DNA of 64,000 bases from Scyliorhinus canicula (taxonomy: Eukaryota), in NCBI RefSeq assembly GCF_902713615.1, contig NW_024055760.1, positions 62,001-126,000 on the forward strand, in the 5' to 3' direction. The position numbers were made by a program, and so were the translations under genes. The notes beneath the pieces are model-generated. The model was not told the DNA's origin and ran no database searches. It saw only the letters and a list, made by a program, of their open reading frames with translations. Every line of letters starts with the position of its first letter. The stretch's first letter is position 1. Positions 63,421 through 64,000 of the stretch are shown here, one piece after another.

Positions 63421-64000
63421 AGATAGAGCGGTTTCCCCACCGCGGGGGAGTCTGGGAGCTCAGTCACCTCACCCTGACACAAGGTACATGTCGGTAGTCA
63501 CTGGATTTGATTGTGACGCCCCCACCTTAGCAAAACAATTTGTTAAATTCAGGTGGAAAAATTTAGGCATCTGCGTGACATTGGGGAGAGCAATAGCCTC
63601 TGATTGATGCCCCCATCCAATGGTTGCCCGGGGCCAACGCACCGTCGCCCCCCCCCCCCCTCTGCACGCCACTGCCACCACCCCCTTTCCTGCCCTTTCC
63701 CTGCCTTCTTGTTCTTTCTCTCGGTTCCAGCGCTTTCTCCCGGCTCAGGCGCTTTCTCCCGACTCTCTGAACTATCCCCCGGCTCTCCCCAATCCCGGGC
63801 CAACAGACATATCTGGGCACCTCTCGTGATCATGTCTCGCCCTAATTCTCTCTTTCTCTCTCGTTCCAGTCATTCCCTCGCTGATTTAGGGACCGTGAAT
63901 AAGAGAGAATGAAGAGAGTGAGCGAGTAACTGAGTGAGGGTAGGAGAGTGAGTGCGGGTGAGTGAGTAACTGAGTGAGGGTAGGAGAGTAACTGCAGGTG

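Noticed and set aside
63924-64000. 40-bp tandem repeat at the window edge
   Set aside because: Only two copies are visible and it is truncated by the window, so it cannot be characterised.

Overview
Eukaryotic genomic DNA from a cartilaginous fish (shark; repeat families suggest a catshark-like species, not certain). About 1-49.3 kb is a cluster of effector-less C2H2 zinc-finger (ZNF) genes and remnants in strictly alternating orientation (four head-to-head pairs, three sharing a paralogous CpG-rich promoter module), densely invaded by CR1 LINEs (one intact ORF2, one with a single nonsense codon), Rex1/Babar, RTE and L1-like fragments, several tRNA-derived SINE families and hAT/MITE elements. 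About 49.7-59.65 kb on the minus strand is a complete, intact-looking IgM heavy-chain constant gene (CH1-CH2-CH3-CH4/secretory tail, TM1, TM2); no J, D, V or RSS is visible in the window. In the presumed J-C intron lie an AGCT-rich 29-bp tandem array, a purine-skewed tract, and a 2446-bp element bounded by perfect 16-bp TIRs and an 8-bp TSD (hAT-type) that carries a captured ZNF promoter, a non-coding exon 1 and ZNF finger fragments, with the exon pointing toward CH1. All calls were made by eye without database searches; repeat boundaries are approximate.
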